Shown here: positions 1-9,778 of the stretch, in pieces
How the letters are laid out: each line of letters opens with the position of its first letter
Position numbering within the stretch: the first letter of the stretch is position 1
NCBI GenBank assembly: GCA_041657405.1
Contig: JBBABX010000002.1
Span: forward strand, 108,915-172,914
Direction of reading: 5' to 3'
From: Minisyncoccota bacterium
GTDB lineage: Bacteria > Patescibacteriota > Minisyncoccia > Phycocordibacterales > XYD1-FULL-46-19
Length of the DNA: 64,000 nt
The notes under the pieces: model-generated
Told to the model about the DNA's origin: nothing
Databases searched by the model: none
What the model saw: the letters and a program-made list of their open reading frames with translations, nothing else
Position numbers and translations under genes: made by a program

Positions 1-359
1 TTTAGGAGAGCGTTAAAAGCATCTTTAGTCAGCATATGAACCTCGTCTATGATGTAGACTTTATAAGGCGATTCAAATGGCAAAGTGCCAACCGCTTCGC
101 GTAAAGCGCGGATTTCGTCAATCCCTCGGTTAGAAGCGGCATCTATTTCAGACAAATCTCGTTCCGAACAACCGATAGTTTTCGCCAGCAGTCTCGCCAC
201 ACTAGTCTTGCCAGTACCTCGCGGACCAGCAAAAAGATAAGCATGAACTAGGCCTTTATTTTTTAAGGCAGTTTCTATGACTTCTGTTACTTGTTCTTGC
301 CCCAAAACTTCATTGAATTTCTGAGGACGATATTTGAGATATAAAGTTTGTTTAGACAT
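1..359 (-). CDS. dnaX: DNA polymerase III subunit gamma/tau, N-terminal part (runs off the window)
   Basis: Manual translation MSKQTLYLKYRPQKFNEVLGQ...HAYLFAGPRGTGKTS...EIDAASNRGIDEIR...KVYIIDEVHMLTKDAFNALL; not in the ORF track. Confidence 0.95.
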   Translation of the reverse strand, partial: MSKQTLYLKYRPQKFNEVLGQEQVTEVIETALKNKGLVHAYLFAGPRGTGKTSVARLLAKTIGCSERDLSEIDAASNRGIDEIRALREAVGTLPFESPYKVYIIDEVHMLTKDAFNALL

Positions 360-408
360 ATTGAGATTATACCGAAAGAATAAAGAAAAATAAAATCGCC
401 CAAACTCT

Positions 409-663
409 TTAACGAGAGTGGGCGATTAAACGATACTTCCTTATCACATAAAGTCTCCAAACAAAATTCGGCAAGATGGGCGCGAGATTAACTTCTTTTG
501 CAACCTCTCTGTCCTCAATTACAGAGTGAATTAAAACTTCTTCAGAAGCTATCTTACAAGAATCCTCTTTTGGCAACAAAATTTCAGCCCAAGGAATGAG
601 TTGGGGAAACGAGTACGGCTTTATCGTGACCTTGTTTTGTTCCTCCTTTTTTAAAACATTCAT
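409..663 (-). CDS. hypothetical protein (84 aa; start re-assigned to ATG 663)
   Basis: AAGGAGG SD just upstream of ATG 663, overlapping the stop of the upstream small ORF. Confidence 0.5.
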   Translation of the reverse strand: MNVLKKEEQNKVTIKPYSFPQLIPWAEILLPKEDSCKIASEEVLIHSVIEDREVAKEVNLAPILPNFVWRLYVIRKYRLIAHSR

Positions 664-673
664 TTCATCCTCC

Positions 674-814
674 TTAATCAAACCAATCAAGTTTGGATCG
701 AGGACGAAAAAACTTGGAAAAGAGACCGAGACCGACCATGACAAGGAGCAGGAAACAAATCTTCAAAAAGAAGATGAGATTCCAGCGGATAAAAAGAACA
801 AATCGAGAAAACAT
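674..814 (-). CDS. small hydrophobic membrane protein (46 aa)
   Basis: AAAGGAGG SD, then MFSRFVLFIRWNLIFFLKICFLLLVMVGLGLFSKFFRPRSKLDWFD*; below the ORF-track cutoff. Confidence 0.45.
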   Translation of the reverse strand: MFSRFVLFIRWNLIFFLKICFLLLVMVGLGLFSKFFRPRSKLDWFD

Positions 815-958
815 ATAGGACCTCCTTTCTTTACTTTCTTTCTTTATTAGAACATATTTTAATTAAAAAGGGAATAGTCTTAGAAAATAAGCTTTCTGAA
901 ATTTTAATGGTTTTATCTTCCCCTTTCAAAAAAACTGTAATCAATTTATACTGAACAA

Positions 959-1600
959 ATGAAAATTCCTAAATTAAGAAATTTAAAATCCACTCGTTTT
1001 TTGATTAGACGATCAATTAATTTATTTATTTCAAATCAATTAAAAGGCAAAAAAATACCAATCATCTTGGATATCGGAGCTGGAATGGGTCCTTACCAAA
1101 AATTAATCAATTATGATAAATATATCCCTTTGGATATTGAAAATAGAAGCAATGATCCAAATTTAATAATTGGGGACCTTAATAAAAAAATCCCTTTACA
1201 AAATAATTACGCTGACGGAGTAATTTGCACAGAAGTTTTGGAACACATAAAGAACCCTCAAAATGCGCTCAATGAAATTTATAGAGTGTTAAAAAAAGAT
1301 GGTTTTTTAATTTTAACCACTCCTATGACTTGGCCTCTTCACGAAGAGCCTCATGATTATTATCGTTACACCAAATATGGTCTTAAATATCTCTTAGAAA
1401 ATGCTGGCTTTGTTAATATAAAAATAGAACCTAGCTGTTGTTATCCTTATACAATCGCGCAATTAGTTGTAACTTATCTTCGGCCCAAAATATACGTTCC
1501 CATAGTTATTTTAATAAATATTTTTGGCGTCCTAGCTAGCAAATTTAATCAAAATTACAATATGCCTTTAAACAACCAAGTTGTTGCTTACAAAAAATAA
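959..1600 (+). CDS. class I SAM-dependent methyltransferase
   Basis: ILDIGAG motif I; CTEVLEHI...RVLKKDG...HEEPHDYYRYT. Confidence 0.9.
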   Translation: MKIPKLRNLKSTRFLIRRSINLFISNQLKGKKIPIILDIGAGMGPYQKLINYDKYIPLDIENRSNDPNLIIGDLNKKIPLQNNYADGVICTEVLEHIKNPQNALNEIYRVLKKDGFLILTTPMTWPLHEEPHDYYRYTKYGLKYLLENAGFVNIKIEPSCCYPYTIAQLVVTYLRPKIYVPIVILINIFGVLASKFNQNYNMPLNNQVVAYKK

Positions 1601-1629
1601 ATTACGTGCGATCTTAATGAGCACAAAAA

Positions 1630-2635
1630 TCAAGTTATTAATTTTTGTTTTAATAAAATTTTCTTAATCTCCTCTGGGTTTTTTGCCCCCATCAATTGCT
1701 CACGCAAAAAAGAAGCCCCAACAAAACCGCGAACATAAGCTTTAAAATGTTTTTTCATTACTGCAAAATTTTTCTGATGTCCGTAGAAAAGTTTTTTGTT
1801 AGTTTTAGTTGGTCCATACAAATTCCAAAATAATTCCGTATGCTCCAACATTACCCTTAACCTATCCTCAAGTGAAAGTTTTCTTTTATGGTTGTTAATC
1901 AAGAGCCAAGGATTTCCAAAGGCCCCACGACCAATCATGATGCCATCAGCGCCAAAATATTTGGCCTTTTCTAGGCCATCTTTAATATCAATTACATCAC
2001 CGTTACCGATTATTATAATTTCCTCTTTTTGAATTCTTGAAACAATTTCTGGAAAAATTTCCCAATGAGCCGGAGACAAAGACATTTCTTTTCTAGTTCT
2101 CAAATGAACAGTCAAAGCAGCTGGTTTTTTATCAATGATTTTTTCTAACCAAGAAAAATCAATCTCATTGTAACCAAGTCGGGTTTTAACCGAAACTGGT
2201 AAATCCCCTGCTCCTTGTTTGGCCGCGACAATAATTTCTTGAGCCAAAACTGGATCTTTTATTAACGCGGCACCGGATTTTTGCTTTTCAATTGTTTTAT
2301 CAGGACAACCCATATTCAAATCCAATCCATCAAAACCAAGCTCTTTTATTAATTGAGCTGTTTTCTCTACATTTTCTGGTTGTGAACCAAAAATCTGTGC
2401 CACAATCGGTCGCTCTTCTTCAGTGTAATAAAGTTCACGTAACAATTTTAATCGCCCCTCATCACTCACTAAACCATCGCACGAAACAAACTCAGTAAAT
2501 AAAACTAGTTCGGGCGCCCCCTTAGTTTTCTGTGTTTTACTATATTTAACAAACATTGCCCGAAAAGCGGCGTCCGTCATACATTGGCGCTAAAGCAAAA
2601 AATGGTTTATTCAGTTTTTCCCAAAAAGATTTCAT
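1630..2635 (-). pseudogene. dus: tRNA-dihydrouridine synthase (Dus family), frameshifted near codon 20
   Basis: QIFGS, DLNMGCP, VSVKTR, GNGDV and MIGRG motifs; the N-terminal MKSFWEKLNKPFFALAPM (ATG 2635) is out of frame with TDAAFR. Confidence 0.8.
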
Positions 2636-2670
2636 TTGATTAATATATCCAAACTAATAGAAAAATAAAA

Positions 2671-2698
2671 GCCAAAACGGAAACAAGTCCGCTTTGGC
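2671..2698 (-). terminator. intrinsic terminator
   Basis: Minus-strand hairpin GCCAAAGCGGA-CTTGTT-TCCGTTTTGGC followed by TTTT, just after the 2716 stop. Confidence 0.65.
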
Positions 2699-2715
2699 CA
2701 CCTTGAAACATCCAA

Positions 2716-3221
2716 TCAACCGTCAATTCCCACCCTTTCAAAATTGCGATAGTAGGCTGGGTTGTTGTCTATCACTCGCTTCTCCCTTGGAGGCTTGCGC
2801 GCAACCAAGCAGACATTATTCCAATCAATCAATTTTGCTCGTGGTGGAGACTGAACATTATCCACCACTAGGGCCTCAATCGTCATACCAATTTTTCCAA
2901 CCATATAACAACGGTGTGTCCATCAAGTAAGTAGGTTCCCTCAGGCCCCTTCTCAATAATGGGCGGTAAGTAATGAGCAACGTAGGTTTGCCCATTAGCC
3001 TCTCCAATGACAATCATCGGTGTTTTTTTGGCAATACCGGCCGAGACGTGAAAACCAGCAAAGATGTCAGAAAATTCAGACAGAAACTTAATGACTTTCG
3101 ATGTCAAGACAAATGTCTGCATTGTCCGCACCGAAAAAGGAGAGATTCGATCCATTTTTATCCGACAATTACGATAAGGAAAGATCCCAGCGCCACCCGC
3201 CAAATTCACAGCCCAAAACAT
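2716..3221 (-). pseudogene. ParB/Srx-like domain protein, 5'-truncated and frameshifted
   Basis: ORFs 2883-3221 and 2716-2904 join into PPIIEK...LLDG(T)HRCYMVGKIG if one base is added near 2919. Confidence 0.6.
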
Positions 3222-3548
3222 TTAAAGGAAGATTATGAAATTTTTATTGTTTCAAAAAACAAAAAAGATGGGCGTGAATTTGCAAAAAAGTGGTTGAAAA
3301 AACATTTACCATTCTTAAAAATAAAAAATATCGTTTTTGTCGAAAAAAATTCAGATAAATATAAGGTTTGCCAAAACCTAAAAGTTAAATTTATGATAGA
3401 TGATAGCCCAGAAATTTTTGACTTTTTCCCCAATAATTCCCAAATAAAACCTATCTTATTTGGAGTTAAAAAAACAGCCCCAAAAAGAAACTTAAACAGA
3501 GCTAAGGATTGGAAAAGTATATTTGAATTAATTAAAAAATTCGACTGA
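3218..3548 (+). pseudogene. HAD-family 5'(3')-nucleotidase-like C-terminal fragment
   Basis: EIFIVS (motif II), DK (motif III), FMIDDS (motif IV) and the W-x-x-I tail are present; no DxD motif I and no proper start. Confidence 0.6.
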
Positions 3549-3550
3549 TT

Positions 3551-4585
3551 TTATCTAAAACTCGGTTGGAAGTTGTTATTGATGAAAATTGGCAATTTTT
3601 CCACGCCAACTACGCCATCTTGGCTTAATTTTAGTTTTAGAGCAAGGCCCGACATGGTTTCGGCGGAAAAATTTTGATCAAAAACAAAATTACCAAGACT
3701 GTAAGCAATATATTGATTGTTTATTGTTTCTTCGTCTTGGACCACGTGTGGATGATGTCCAATAACAGCCGTCGCGCCGGCCATCAAAGCTTTTTTAGCA
3801 ATTTGTTCTTGTTTGTCATTATGAATTTTTTGATACTCCTCGCCAAAGTGGATAGTCACAATCAAGACATCTGTCTGTTTTGCAGCTTGAGAAATTATGT
3901 CAGCAAACCTGAAATTACTAGCCAGCAAGATTCCAGCATCTTGTTCGGTTGCAACTAACCAGCTTGGTCCCACATCAGAAAAACCCAAAAAACCAACCTT
4001 CAAACCATTTTTCTCAATAATAACCGGTTCCTCCGCTTCGGCTTTGGTCAACCCCCCACCAACATAAGCAAAGCGATTTGCCGCGAGATGATTTAAGGAA
4101 TCAACAAAAGCAATTCGCCCCCAATCACCAGCATGATTGTTGGCAACATTTAGAACATCAAACCCAACTTTTTTTAAAGCAGGTAAAATTTTTAGCGACA
4201 TTCGAAAAGAATATAGATTGCCAGTATCCGCCCCTTGGTCGGAAATCGGCCCTTCTAAATTTCCCAACAAAATATCAGCCCCATCTTTGAACCCGTGAAG
4301 ATTTTCAAAAACATAAGAGAAGTCACCGCCACCTTTTTTGCTAACCATTTGAGCCACTCCTCGATTAAGCATAATGTCACCAACAGTCAACAAAATAATT
4401 TCTTTTGATTTGTTTTCGAAATTTAAAAAAGAAATCAAATTTAAGTTTTCTTTTAAAAAATTACCTGATTTTGGTTTAAGACAAAAACCCCAAAAAATTA
4501 TACTTAAGGCCATAAACAAAAAACAAAAAATCCTCAAAAGTTTTTTCTTTGAATTTTTATTTATTTTTTTTATAATTCCTCCCAT
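3551..4585 (-). CDS. CapA family (PGA_cap) metallophosphatase-fold membrane protein
   Basis: VGDIML, GNLEGP, ANNHAGD, IHFGEEY, GHHPHVVQ, YSLGNFVFDQ; N-terminal TM. Confidence 0.92.
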   Translation of the reverse strand: MGGIIKKINKNSKKKLLRIFCFLFMALSIIFWGFCLKPKSGNFLKENLNLISFLNFENKSKEIILLTVGDIMLNRGVAQMVSKKGGGDFSYVFENLHGFKDGADILLGNLEGPISDQGADTGNLYSFRMSLKILPALKKVGFDVLNVANNHAGDWGRIAFVDSLNHLAANRFAYVGGGLTKAEAEEPVIIEKNGLKVGFLGFSDVGPSWLVATEQDAGILLASNFRFADIISQAAKQTDVLIVTIHFGEEYQKIHNDKQEQIAKKALMAGATAVIGHHPHVVQDEETINNQYIAYSLGNFVFDQNFSAETMSGLALKLKLSQDGVVGVEKLPIFINNNFQPSFR

Positions 4586-5985
4586 CCAAAATTATCTAAA
4601 GGTTTAAAGACAGATGGTCCACTATAAGAGACATTCCCAGCCACATAATTGATAATATTTTTAGTATCAGTTTTACGGTCATCACTACCCAATAAAACTA
4701 AAACTATTTTCCGATTTTCAAATTCTGACAAAGGCAATTCAAACAGCGCGAGCAATGTGCGATTAGCTTCATCAGTGTAACCGTTTTTGCCACCAGCATA
4801 ATAATTCATTCCAATCAAATTATTACGGTTTGTCCAGACAAAGCGTCCATATTTGTATTCTTTTAATTTAGTGATCTCAAACAAAAAAGCTTTATTTTGA
4901 TGAATATAATCAGCCAATCTGACCAGATCTTCAGCTGAAGAAATGTTATTGGGAGACAAACCGCTTGGATCTTCAAAAATTGTCCCCGTCATTCCAAGTT
5001 CTTTAGCTTTCTTGTTCATTCTCGCGATAAATTTGTCACGTCCTGCCCTCTCAGCAATTGCTTCAGCAGCGTCATTGCTTGATTCCAAAAGAAGCGGATA
5101 AAGCATAATTTCTAACGAGAACTTATCTCCGATTCGAAAATAACCACTCCCGCCATAAGTCTCGTAAGCTTGACGAGAAATTTCTATTTCCTCTTCTGGT
5201 TTAAATAATTCAAACGCGATTAAAGCTGTCATTAATTTAGTGACAGAAGCAACCGGCACCATCTTATCTTTATTTTTGCTCAAAATAACTTCCTTAGTCT
5301 TTAAATCGGCTACCAAATAAGAATTGGCGGTGAGGGCGCGAGGTTTAGATTTTTTCACAATATAAGAAAAATGATTATTTTCCCCCATCGTCCAACGCGC
5401 GCCATAAACCAAAACTCTGGTATCGATATCTATCCAATCAAAAATTTCTGCCGCCTCTTTGGTTTTCAACCGAAAACCACCGGCGTCTGTTTTAATTTTT
5501 TGACTTTTATTATTAGTTGGCTCTCCATGAATAAGAGAGTTGCCAAAAAACTGAATTGTGTAAGGAAATCTTATCTTGGCAATTGGCGAAAAATGATCTT
5601 CTTTTTTTCTTATAACCGCAAAACTTCCTCCCGAGGTTTCCCAAGCAGAACCGCTTGTTGGAATTGAAATCAAACTAAAAGATTTAAAAAGAACACCTCT
5701 GTCAAAAAGATGTAATTTAGTATTTTTAACGTCAATAATTATAGACTTGCCAATTGGAGGGACAGGCGTTTTCCCAACATCAAAATTAGAATAACTAGCT
5801 TGCAAAGTTGAATCAACAAGGGCTAAGTTAGATTTATAGCTAAATATCTCTCCATCTAAAAACTTAGAATAAAGAAATTCACCAACCAAGAAGAAAAGAA
5901 GGCTAAAAACCAAAATTACCGCTAGCGCGATAATTCCCAAGAATGAAAATTTTCCTAATTTTCCTAAATTATTTTTCTTGTTCAT
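4570..5985 (-). CDS. L,D-transpeptidase-like domain fused to a D-Ala-D-Ala carboxypeptidase (S11)
   Basis: TM, YkuD-like region (ETSGGSF, IHGEP), then SxxK (SVTK), SxN (SSN) and GKNGYT. Confidence 0.85.
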   Translation of the reverse strand: MNKKNNLGKLGKFSFLGIIALAVILVFSLLFFLVGEFLYSKFLDGEIFSYKSNLALVDSTLQASYSNFDVGKTPVPPIGKSIIIDVKNTKLHLFDRGVLFKSFSLISIPTSGSAWETSGGSFAVIRKKEDHFSPIAKIRFPYTIQFFGNSLIHGEPTNNKSQKIKTDAGGFRLKTKEAAEIFDWIDIDTRVLVYGARWTMGENNHFSYIVKKSKPRALTANSYLVADLKTKEVILSKNKDKMVPVASVTKLMTALIAFELFKPEEEIEISRQAYETYGGSGYFRIGDKFSLEIMLYPLLLESSNDAAEAIAERAGRDKFIARMNKKAKELGMTGTIFEDPSGLSPNNISSAEDLVRLADYIHQNKAFLFEITKLKEYKYGRFVWTNRNNLIGMNYYAGGKNGYTDEANRTLLALFELPLSEFENRKIVLVLLGSDDRKTDTKNIINYVAGNVSYSGPSVFKPLDNFGWEEL

Positions 5986-8449
5986 TATTAATCATTAAAT
6001 TCAAATCAGGTTCTTTAAATTCAATTTTATCACCCTGGGTTAAATTTCCCCCAATAACTGACTCGGCAATTTTTTGCTCTATATTATCTTGAATAAAACG
6101 CTGCATCGGCCTAGCTCCAAAAACTTCATTAGCCCCTAAGGTGGCTACTGTTTTCACCAGATAATCGTTGACCAGAAGCTCTAGACCTTGTTTGGTTAAA
6201 CGTTTACTCAACTTTACCAACATCAATCGGGAAATCTCTTCTAATGCTTCTGAGGATAAGGGTTCGAAAACAATAGTCGCATCAAAACGGTTTAAAAGTT
6301 CTGGTCGAAATATTCCCTTGGTGACAATATAATTTATAAGATTATTAGCAGTATTTTTTTCTTCGTCTTTTTGTTTAAAGTTTTTCCAAATTAATTCTGC
6401 GCCCGCATTAGAAGTTGCAATAAAGATTATATTTCTGGCATTAACTTTTTTGCCCCTCATATCAGAAAAAACACCTTCATCCAAGATTTGTAAAAAAAGA
6501 TTCAACACTTCACGGTTGGTTTTTTCAAATTCATCCAATAGTAATACACCATAAGGATTTTCACGAAGCATATCTACCAAAATTCCAGTTTTGCCAGTTT
6601 CAAATGAACCAATTAATTTAGTTAGGGCTTCTTCATTTTGAAATTCGGACATATCTAAACGTAACAAGCTGGATTCGCGACCAAAAATAACTTCAGCCAA
6701 AGCTTTGGCTGTTTCGGTTTTACCGACCCCAGTCGGTCCCAAAAAAAGAAAAGATCCAATCGGTCGATTAAGGTTGCGAATTCCAGCTCGAGACCTTCTT
6801 AAGGCTCCCGAAATTGACTTAATCGCTTCAATTTGTCCGACCACTCTTTTATGTATTTCAATTTCTAAATTTTGCAATTTGGTTCGTTCTTCAACTCCAA
6901 TTTCTCCCAGAGGGGTATTAGTTTTACTGGAAATAAATTTTTGGACATCATTTTTTTTAATAATTTTGAGTTCAAGTTTTTGGGCCCAAGGAATAATTTC
7001 TGCGATTAAATCAACAACCTTATCACTTGATGAACTTTCGGCAAAATAATTATCAGCTCCCCAAATTATTTCTAGTAAAGATTGGTAGGTAAAAAATAAT
7101 TTATATTTAGCTTCTATTTGCCAAACGGTTTCTTCCAAACCATGAATGAGCATCTCTGAATTTATTTCTTTGACAAAAATACGGTCAAAGAAATTCATCA
7201 ATTCAATATTAACAGCCAAAAAACGATGAAAAATATCATTAGTAGTAACGGCAACAATCTGGAAAGCATTACTTTGCAAATATTCTTCAACCAAACTCAA
7301 GAAAGAAGACCCTAAAGTTTGAAAACCAATCATCAAATTATAGATATCATCAATCACCAAAATTATATTGCCCGCCTTTTGAGCTTCGCTAAAAATTTTA
7401 AGCAATTCTCGTTCAGCATTGGATCGATCTTTAAAATTAGATAGAAAAACAGAAGCATTAAACAAAACCACCCGCTTATGTTCCAAAACTGGTAGGATAT
7501 TACGATTTTGAATTTTTCTCACCAAATGCCAGGCAACATCCAAGGACTCATCTCGCGAGTTACCAACCAAAATTGCGTTTGCCTCCTTGTCTTTAGCTAA
7601 AATATTTTCTAATTGAGTTATTTCTAAAGAATGAAGGGAATAATCATGACCAATACTAGAATAACGCAAACCTTGCGCCATATCCCAACTATATTTATCT
7701 AAAGTAAAAGTAGCACCAAACCCCCAATCTTTAGCCAAACCTGGAATTTTATTGAGATTAGATTTAGACCACCAACGTTTCGAAAATTCACCAAATTCAA
7801 TCCGATAAACAACCCAGTCAGTTGCTCCCAAAAGTTCTTTTTCAATAATTCCAAATTTTTTCAAAAATTGTGCGAAATCTGGATTTTTCTTGTATAAAAA
7901 CAAAACTAAAGACCGTAATTTTAAAACTCCATCAGTCAAGGTTCGCGGAGGAATTTCACTTACCAACTGTCGATTAATTAAAAATTCTTTCTGTGCTTCT
8001 TCTTCTATTCCTAACCGTAACAATATTTCTTTACCAACCGCCGAAAGGAAAAAACCACGCAAGGCATCTCCTTTTTCGGCCAAGAAAAGAATTCGGCCAA
8101 CGGTGATACTAAAAATATCATCGTTTGTATAACGATTCAAAGCAACATTCTCAAAATAATAAGAATCATTAAAATAAAAATCTAATAATTTAGATGAAAA
8201 ATAAAAAGCCAAACAAATAAAAGTGGCGCCCCAAAAACGTGGTGCCAAAGATGCCCAGACCGCAAAAAATGGAGCAAGAAATAAATTACCAAAAATTTCA
8301 AAAGTTAAAATTGGCAACAACAAAAAAAGAACTAGGGTCCCGCTTATATTTATTAACCAATTTCGTTTTTTCTCACCAATTAAAGAATCCAAAACTAAAA
8401 TTGGATAAAGACGGCTTGATTTTAGATATGCTTGCAATTTATTTGACAT
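5969..8449 (-). CDS. membrane-anchored Clp/Hsp100-family AAA+ ATPase
   Basis: Two N-terminal TM helices; D2 GPTGVGKT, LLLDEFEK, RPELLNRFD, GARPM; D1 Walker A degenerate. Confidence 0.85.
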   Translation of the reverse strand: MSNKLQAYLKSSRLYPILVLDSLIGEKKRNWLINISGTLVLFLLLPILTFEIFGNLFLAPFFAVWASLAPRFWGATFICLAFYFSSKLLDFYFNDSYYFENVALNRYTNDDIFSITVGRILFLAEKGDALRGFFLSAVGKEILLRLGIEEEAQKEFLINRQLVSEIPPRTLTDGVLKLRSLVLFLYKKNPDFAQFLKKFGIIEKELLGATDWVVYRIEFGEFSKRWWSKSNLNKIPGLAKDWGFGATFTLDKYSWDMAQGLRYSSIGHDYSLHSLEITQLENILAKDKEANAILVGNSRDESLDVAWHLVRKIQNRNILPVLEHKRVVLFNASVFLSNFKDRSNAERELLKIFSEAQKAGNIILVIDDIYNLMIGFQTLGSSFLSLVEEYLQSNAFQIVAVTTNDIFHRFLAVNIELMNFFDRIFVKEINSEMLIHGLEETVWQIEAKYKLFFTYQSLLEIIWGADNYFAESSSSDKVVDLIAEIIPWAQKLELKIIKKNDVQKFISSKTNTPLGEIGVEERTKLQNLEIEIHKRVVGQIEAIKSISGALRRSRAGIRNLNRPIGSFLFLGPTGVGKTETAKALAEVIFGRESSLLRLDMSEFQNEEALTKLIGSFETGKTGILVDMLRENPYGVLLLDEFEKTNREVLNLFLQILDEGVFSDMRGKKVNARNIIFIATSNAGAELIWKNFKQKDEEKNTANNLINYIVTKGIFRPELLNRFDATIVFEPLSSEALEEISRLMLVKLSKRLTKQGLELLVNDYLVKTVATLGANEVFGARPMQRFIQDNIEQKIAESVIGGNLTQGDKIEFKEPDLNLMINNEQEK

Positions 8450-8452
8450 AAT

Positions 8453-8845
8453 TTAAAAAAACAAAAGTTTAAACCCAAATCCTAAAAGCAATAGGATAAT
8501 TAGTGGCAAACCCAACCACAATAAAATTAAAATCGGATATAAAAAAACAATTAGAATTAGAGAAACAACCCCAATGATAATGATAATTGACCTCATTATC
8601 ATTCCCACCAATCTCATTAAACTATTAACAACAAAAACCGCCAAAACTTCCTTTAATTTAAACTTGTCTTCAGGATAAGCCTCGCCCATTCGTCGCCAGG
8701 GTTCAAAAAAAGATTTCAAAAGTATTGAAAGAGAAAAATAATCCTTAATAAAAAATAAAATATCGCGATAAATCAAGGTAAACCGAAACAGGGCAATTGA
8801 ATAATGCCAAAAGAAATAATGCCCAATGACCGATAAAATATTCAT
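8453..8845 (-). CDS. membrane protein upstream of the Clp-like ATPase
   Basis: Hydrophobic 130 aa with WHY and F-x-PWRR motifs; 3-bp gap to the ATPase gene. Confidence 0.75.
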   Translation of the reverse strand: MNILSVIGHYFFWHYSIALFRFTLIYRDILFFIKDYFSLSILLKSFFEPWRRMGEAYPEDKFKLKEVLAVFVVNSLMRLVGMIMRSIIIIIGVVSLILIVFLYPILILLWLGLPLIILLLLGFGFKLLFF

Positions 8846-8901
8846 AATATTTTAATTATACAAACATTTTTGACAAGTGACCACACTTTAATAAAGAACT
8901 A

Positions 8902-9774
8902 TTAATTAATAAAACGATAAAATATTTTTTGGTCAAATCGAATGTCAATATATTCCAACCTTCCATTTTGTCGAGTCCAATCAGTCAAAAATATTTTATT
9001 TTTAAGAGTAGAACTCAAACTGCCTAATAATTCAGGAAGGGAACTTTTTTCATTAAATATCACTTGCCACCTTTTATCTTTTTCGGACATTACCCAACCA
9101 GACCAATCGCCATCGGTCAAAGGTTGCCAATAAATCAATTTTGATGAATTACTATTCGGCAAACCGGCAACCAGATGATTAATCGCCAAAGTTAGAGCTT
9201 GAATTTTTTCAACAGTGCTAGAAGACATCACCACCCGACCAATTGGCGACAATGACAAGGGTCCTATAATTTCTGTTATTATCGCTTTTGAAAAAACTGG
9301 TGCTTGTGAATAAATTTCTCCATTTTCATTTAAATAATAGCAATCCTCTTTTTTTATACTATCTTGACCGTCACACCAGACAAGTTTCGCCTTTTTGTCG
9401 TTGACAACAAGTTTTAAAGTATTTAAATCAGGCAAACTGATAACAATTTCAGCCAGTCGAGGAAATTCTTGTTTAAGAGTCTCAACTAAAATCTTTTTGT
9501 GAAGAAAAAAAATACTCCCTTTCGGCACTAACCCTAAATAACGACCAGCAATACTTTTTTGAGCAATTGTTTGAATTAAATCTTTATTTTCAGCAGTGTT
9601 GCCTACCACAACAACAGAATCAAACCTTAAAAAATGCCAATTCAAAAGAATAATAAAACTACCCACTAAAAAAAGTATCAACAAAAAACCTAAAATTATT
9701 TTAATTTTAAGGATTTTTTTCTCACGTTCTTTAGACCTTTTTAAAATGTCACGCTTGCTTTTTGATACCGCCAT
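8902..9774 (-). CDS. FtsQ/DivIB-like cell division protein
   Basis: Basic N-terminus, single TM, POTRA-like segment, C-terminal LEYIDIRF. Confidence 0.7.
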   Translation of the reverse strand: MAVSKSKRDILKRSKEREKKILKIKIILGFLLILFLVGSFIILLNWHFLRFDSVVVVGNTAENKDLIQTIAQKSIAGRYLGLVPKGSIFFLHKKILVETLKQEFPRLAEIVISLPDLNTLKLVVNDKKAKLVWCDGQDSIKKEDCYYLNENGEIYSQAPVFSKAIITEIIGPLSLSPIGRVVMSSSTVEKIQALTLAINHLVAGLPNSNSSKLIYWQPLTDGDWSGWVMSEKDKRWQVIFNEKSSLPELLGSLSSTLKNKIFLTDWTRQNGRLEYIDIRFDQKIFYRFIN

Positions 9775-9778
9775 GACT

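Noticed and set aside
2973-3548. 191-aa plus-strand ORF as one real gene
   Set aside because: Its first ~80 aa are the antisense of a minus-strand gene; only the 3' HAD-like part looks coding
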